Assembly: GCF_009914755.1 (NCBI RefSeq)
Contig: NC_060928.1
Length of the DNA: 64,000 bases
Strand: one strand, 5' to 3'
Source: the human T2T-CHM13v2.0 reference genome, Homo sapiens
In this document: positions 59,223 through 64,000 of the stretch, one piece after another
Numbering within the stretch: position 1 is the first letter of the stretch
How the letters are laid out: every line of letters begins with the position of its first letter
Notes under the pieces: generated by a model
Databases searched by the model: none
What the model saw: only the letters and a program-made list of their open reading frames with translations
Told to the model about the DNA's origin: nothing
Program-made: the position numbers and the translations under genes

Positions 59223-59686
59223 TATTTCTACTATTTTTTCAGAGTTTTCTTGGGTTTCTTTATTTTAACTTTCAATTCATCTAGTCTAGTTCCCAGAACA
59301 AAAATCCTGTTGGCATTATGAGGCAATCATATTAAATTGTGAAACTTACGATGTTGAGTTTTCCTTTCAAAAATATGCTATGCCTTTTATTTGTTCAAGG
59401 CTTCTTTTGTGCCCTTCAAATTTATTTTAAATGTTGCTTCATATGTGTTTTGCATATTTCTGGCCAAATTTATTACTGGATAATTTTGTCTCTATTTTTA
59501 ACTGGTCCTTTTCATCTATTATATGTTATAAGTTATTGTTTTATATATTAAAGTTATCAATTTCTGTATAGTAATTTTATACCCCATTACCCTACCAAAT
59601 TCTTATTGTTTGTAATAGCTCTTCAGTTAATTCTTTGGAGTTTACTGAATATACAATTGCATACTTTGCAAATCCTGATAGTTTAA

Positions 59687-60533
<847 letters not shown>

Positions 60534-61876
60534 TCATATGGGTTTTATTCTCCTTAGATTTGTTATTATAATGAAGTATATTACTAGATTTTCTAATGTT
60601 AAACTTAGAATAAACCATATTGATTATGCTTTATTATTTAAAATACTGCTGGATTTTGTTTGCTAATATGTTCTGCTTACTTTATGAAAATAATTTAGAA
60701 ATTTTCATTCTTAGCCTATGTTTTGGAACTGTTTAAGTAGCAATAGAATTATCAGTTCTTAAATGTCTGTTTGTAGGGATGAAATCAAGCTGTTTTGATT
60801 TTCTGTGCCTCCTTATTTGAGCTTTAAAAAATGCTTTCTTCTGAGAAAATTACCCATTTCATCCACATTTTCAAATTAATTTGTATGAAATTGATTAGTC
60901 ATGATTCTTTACCGTTCCTCTCTTTCTAAGGTGGAGTCCCTTATCTGTCCTGATTGATCTGTTTGATTAGAGTCTTCTGTAGAAGAGTTTCCTCATGCAG
61001 GTACCTAGATGATATGTCCTCTGAATCTTTATATATCTTCTCTGGAAAGAAGTGGTATTTTGGCAGGGAGTAGTACTTTTGGGTCTCATAGTTGCTGTCC
61101 TTTATGCCTATATTCTAGATGTTCTGTGGGTGTCATTCCATAATCTTTTCTTTCCAGCATTGTGTATAAGAAGTTCAATACTTTTTCCGTTGAAAACACC
61201 TTGCACTTTCTGTCTGGAAGATTGTAAGACTATTATTACACCCTTGGAGTTTAGGAATGATACTGGCATGACCTGGTATATTCAGCTTGCCAATCTGCAA
61301 AATAATTTATTTAGTAAGCTCTGGGGAATTTGTATTTTCTTTTTGTTTATTATGGCTCCTCGTCTATATAACTCCCTTCTTTCAGGAATGCCCACTATTC
61401 ATATATTAGATCTCCTAGATGAGTCCTTCAAAGCTTTTATAGTTTCTTCATGCTTTCCAAATATCTATAAAATTGTCTTCCAAGCCACAGATTGTGGCCT
61501 CATCAGTGGCCATCTTCTCTTCAATTTATCTAAGACATTTCATATATTTAAAAAAAAACCATTGAGTTTTAGAATAAAAAGTTGCCTGTGCTGTAATCAG
61601 ATATCTGTAAGTGTTCCTATATTTTTACCAAGAGTGAGGAATGAAGAGTTCAAGCTATTATTTGCTTCCTCCTCAGTTCTTTTCACTAGATGATACCTAA
61701 ATCTAGTTGTTCCACTTGTTTTCCTTCTCTAGGGCTACTGGGTTCCTTATATGCATTGTTATTTTTTCTTGCATATTCTTTGGGGTTTGGGCCCAGCTGC
61801 CAGGTCACCTTAAAAGGAACAAAGTTGTAGATGGAAAGCATAGTGAGCTCCAGCCTGTTGATGCACCAGGAGGTAG

Positions 61877-61904
<28 letters not shown>
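61877..61904. repeat. (CT)n microsatellite
   Basis: Seen directly. Confidence 0.9.
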
Positions 61905-61907
<3 letters not shown>

Positions 61908-61934
61908 GACCCAACCTGCCTTTTCTTCTCTCTC

Positions 61935-62698
61935 TTTTTTTTCAATAGCTTTAGGGGTTTTTACTTACATGGATGAATTATATAGTGGTGAAGTCTGGGT
62001 TATTGATGTATCCATTACCCAAATAGTGTACATTGTACCTAATATGTGATTTTTTTATCCCTTACCCTCCTCCCAGCCTCCCCACTTCTGAGTCTCCAAC
62101 ATTCCTTATACCACTGTGTATGCCTTTGCCTACCCATAGCTTAGCTCTCACTTATAAATAAGAACATGCAATATTTGATTTTCTGTTCCTGAGTTACTTC
62201 ATATAGGATAATGGCCTCCAACTCCATCCAAGTTGCTGCAAGATACATTATTTTGTTCTTTTGTTCTTCTCTTTTTTTTTTTTTTTTTTTTTTTTTGAGA
62301 CGGAGTCTCGCTGTGTCACCCAGGCTGGAGTGCAATGGCACGATCTCCGCTCACTGCAAGCTCCGCCTCCGGGGTTCAGGCCATTATGGTTGAGTAGTAC
62401 TCCATGGTGTATATATATGCCACGTTTTTCTTTTGCCTTCATCAGTTGGTGGGCACTTAGGTTGACTCCATATCTTTGCAATTGTAAACTGTGTTGTGAT
62501 AAATGTACGAATGCAGTCTTTTATATATAATGACTTCTTTTCCTTTGAGTAGATACCCAGTAGTGGGATTGCTAAATCGAATTGTATTTTTAAAAAGTCA
62601 AAAAACAATAGATGTTGTGAAATGGAAACGTTTATGCTCTGTTGGTAGGAATGTAAATTGGCACAATATCTATGGAAAACAGTATGGCGATTTCTCAG
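61935..62698 (-). mobile_element. L1PB-like LINE-1 3' end with 5' inversion
   Basis: Antisense L1PB-type 3'UTR (catggatgaattatatagtggtgaagtctg) runs to ~62588, then a sense segment aaaaagtcaaaaaacaatagatgttg...tatggaaaacagtatggcgatttctca. Confidence 0.8.
62273..62385 (-). mobile_element. Severely 5'-truncated AluY (3' ~90 nt plus tail) inside the L1PB
   Basis: Poly-T then gagacggagtctcgctg...gcaagctccgcctccggggttcaggccatt, after which L1 resumes at atggttgagtagta. Confidence 0.88.
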
Positions 62699-63151
62699 CC
62701 CACTTTTTTAACTTTCCCACATCCCCTTAAAGGACTGAGATGACAGAAGTTCCTCCAGACAGTCATACAGGTGGTAATACCCTTCCTTCTTTAGTAGGCC
62801 CAACAGCCCCTTCACCCAGCTATCTTCTTTGATCTCACTGTTCTAATCCCCACCCAAGGACTCCATGCCACCAGTCCCTAGGTTCTCTCTAGTGGCTGAG
62901 GGGGGAAAGAAAATCCCATGATGCCATTGTCCACTGGATCCAGACAGGGCTGAGAACTCACATTCCCCAGATACTACTTCCTGCTGGGCTTAGGAGAGGT
63001 AACTCATGGTTGAATTGGAATTGGAAAGGAAGGAATCTGGGTTGAATATAAGCTGTCATATTGCCACTAACCATTTCAACTAAGAAAGGAGTTTTGTATT
63101 CTAAAATCCATGAATGGGATCCATGATCTCCTGAAATTGCCATCAAATTCC

Positions 63152-63233
63152 ATCTATCTATCTATCTATCTAGCTATCTATCTATCTATCATCTATCTAT
63201 CTATCTATCTATCTATCATCTATCTATCTATCT
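63152..63233. repeat. Compound (TCTA)n/TCA tetranucleotide repeat
   Basis: About 20 units with TCA and GCTA interruptions, seen directly. Confidence 0.95.
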
Positions 63234-64000
63234 GTGTATATTTTTCTATGGATTTTATTGGCAGGTTTTTATCAAATTCTCAAGGAGACATTTAGAATCA
63301 GTCTTACAGAATCATACCCAAACTTGGTAAAGTCCCCAATATGCCAATTAGTCCCATGTAGATTATTCTAAGTCCAATAGTAAAGAGGGTCTTAGTCTTT
63401 CAGACACTGGTGATTATATCTGGAAGCCAGTTTAAAGCAGTAAAGTTAAGACAGTTTTGTTTTCCTTTTTAAAAGCGGGGAAGGGAGTGGGGAAAAATAG
63501 CTTAAAATTTCTTACATTCTGCAAGGACAAGTTGATGGTGACCCTTTGGCACCTGGCATTCAACTTCTAAATATCAAATACATCATTTTTTATCTCTTGA
63601 AAAGGTATTACTGGCTTTAATCAAAAGTAGATCAGCATGGTGTCCACTACAAAAAGCTTATGTGGTTACCTTTGAAACACTAGCCCCTGCAATTCTAATG
63701 GAAAAAAAGATTTTTTGCTTTTTTATTTGAGGTGAACCTAAATAGAAAATGAATTTAGAAAGAGCTTCTTTGTCTCTAGCTGGTAGAGAAAAATATAGTC
63801 TTAAAATATTCCTAAAATTATTTTTAGATTTTTAAAATGTATCTGTACATTCTTCTTATGCAAGTTACTCTTATACATAATGATAACCCAGCTAGACCAC
63901 TGCCAGGTGGGAGTAGAGTGAGAAGAGGAAGAGATTAGGCCATCAGCAAAGGGCCTTCATGCTGAAGACCTGAGGACAAGCCCTTCTATTACAATCTACA

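Noticed and set aside
61052-61693. 213-aa + strand ORF
   Set aside because: GTG start, hydrophobic F/L/I-rich composition typical of the antisense of decayed A-rich L1/HAL1 sequence, and no recognisable domain

Overview
This window is repeat-rich primate genomic DNA, most likely human or great ape, given AluY, L1PA3-like and LTR12C elements. I find no protein-coding gene, RNA gene or CRISPR array. The ORF-track entries are either retroelement/transposon remnants (L1 ORF2, Tigger4 transposase, Alu and LTR antisense frames) or short chance ORFs. Main contents: about 13 Alus, two 5'-inverted (twin-primed) L1s, a 5'-truncated L1PA, a full-length Tigger4/Zombi DNA transposon inside an L2, a solo LTR12C inserted into an Alu, many MaLR/ERVL solo LTRs, MER20/MER44A/MER47A/MADE2 MITEs, MIR/L2/L3 relics and microsatellites. 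L1s and LTRs lie almost all on the minus strand, which suggests an intron of a + strand gene (inference). The best leads are an LTR12C promoter pointing into an inverted Alu pair, a c-fos-type SRF/CArG element in unique DNA, a perfect 4-unit heat-shock element, a CTCF-like motif, a decayed Lys/Glu coiled-coil relic and two candidate exons. I see no solid evidence for a new biological system. Repeat subfamily names come from recalled consensus sequences, not from a database search, and boundaries of old repeats are approximate.
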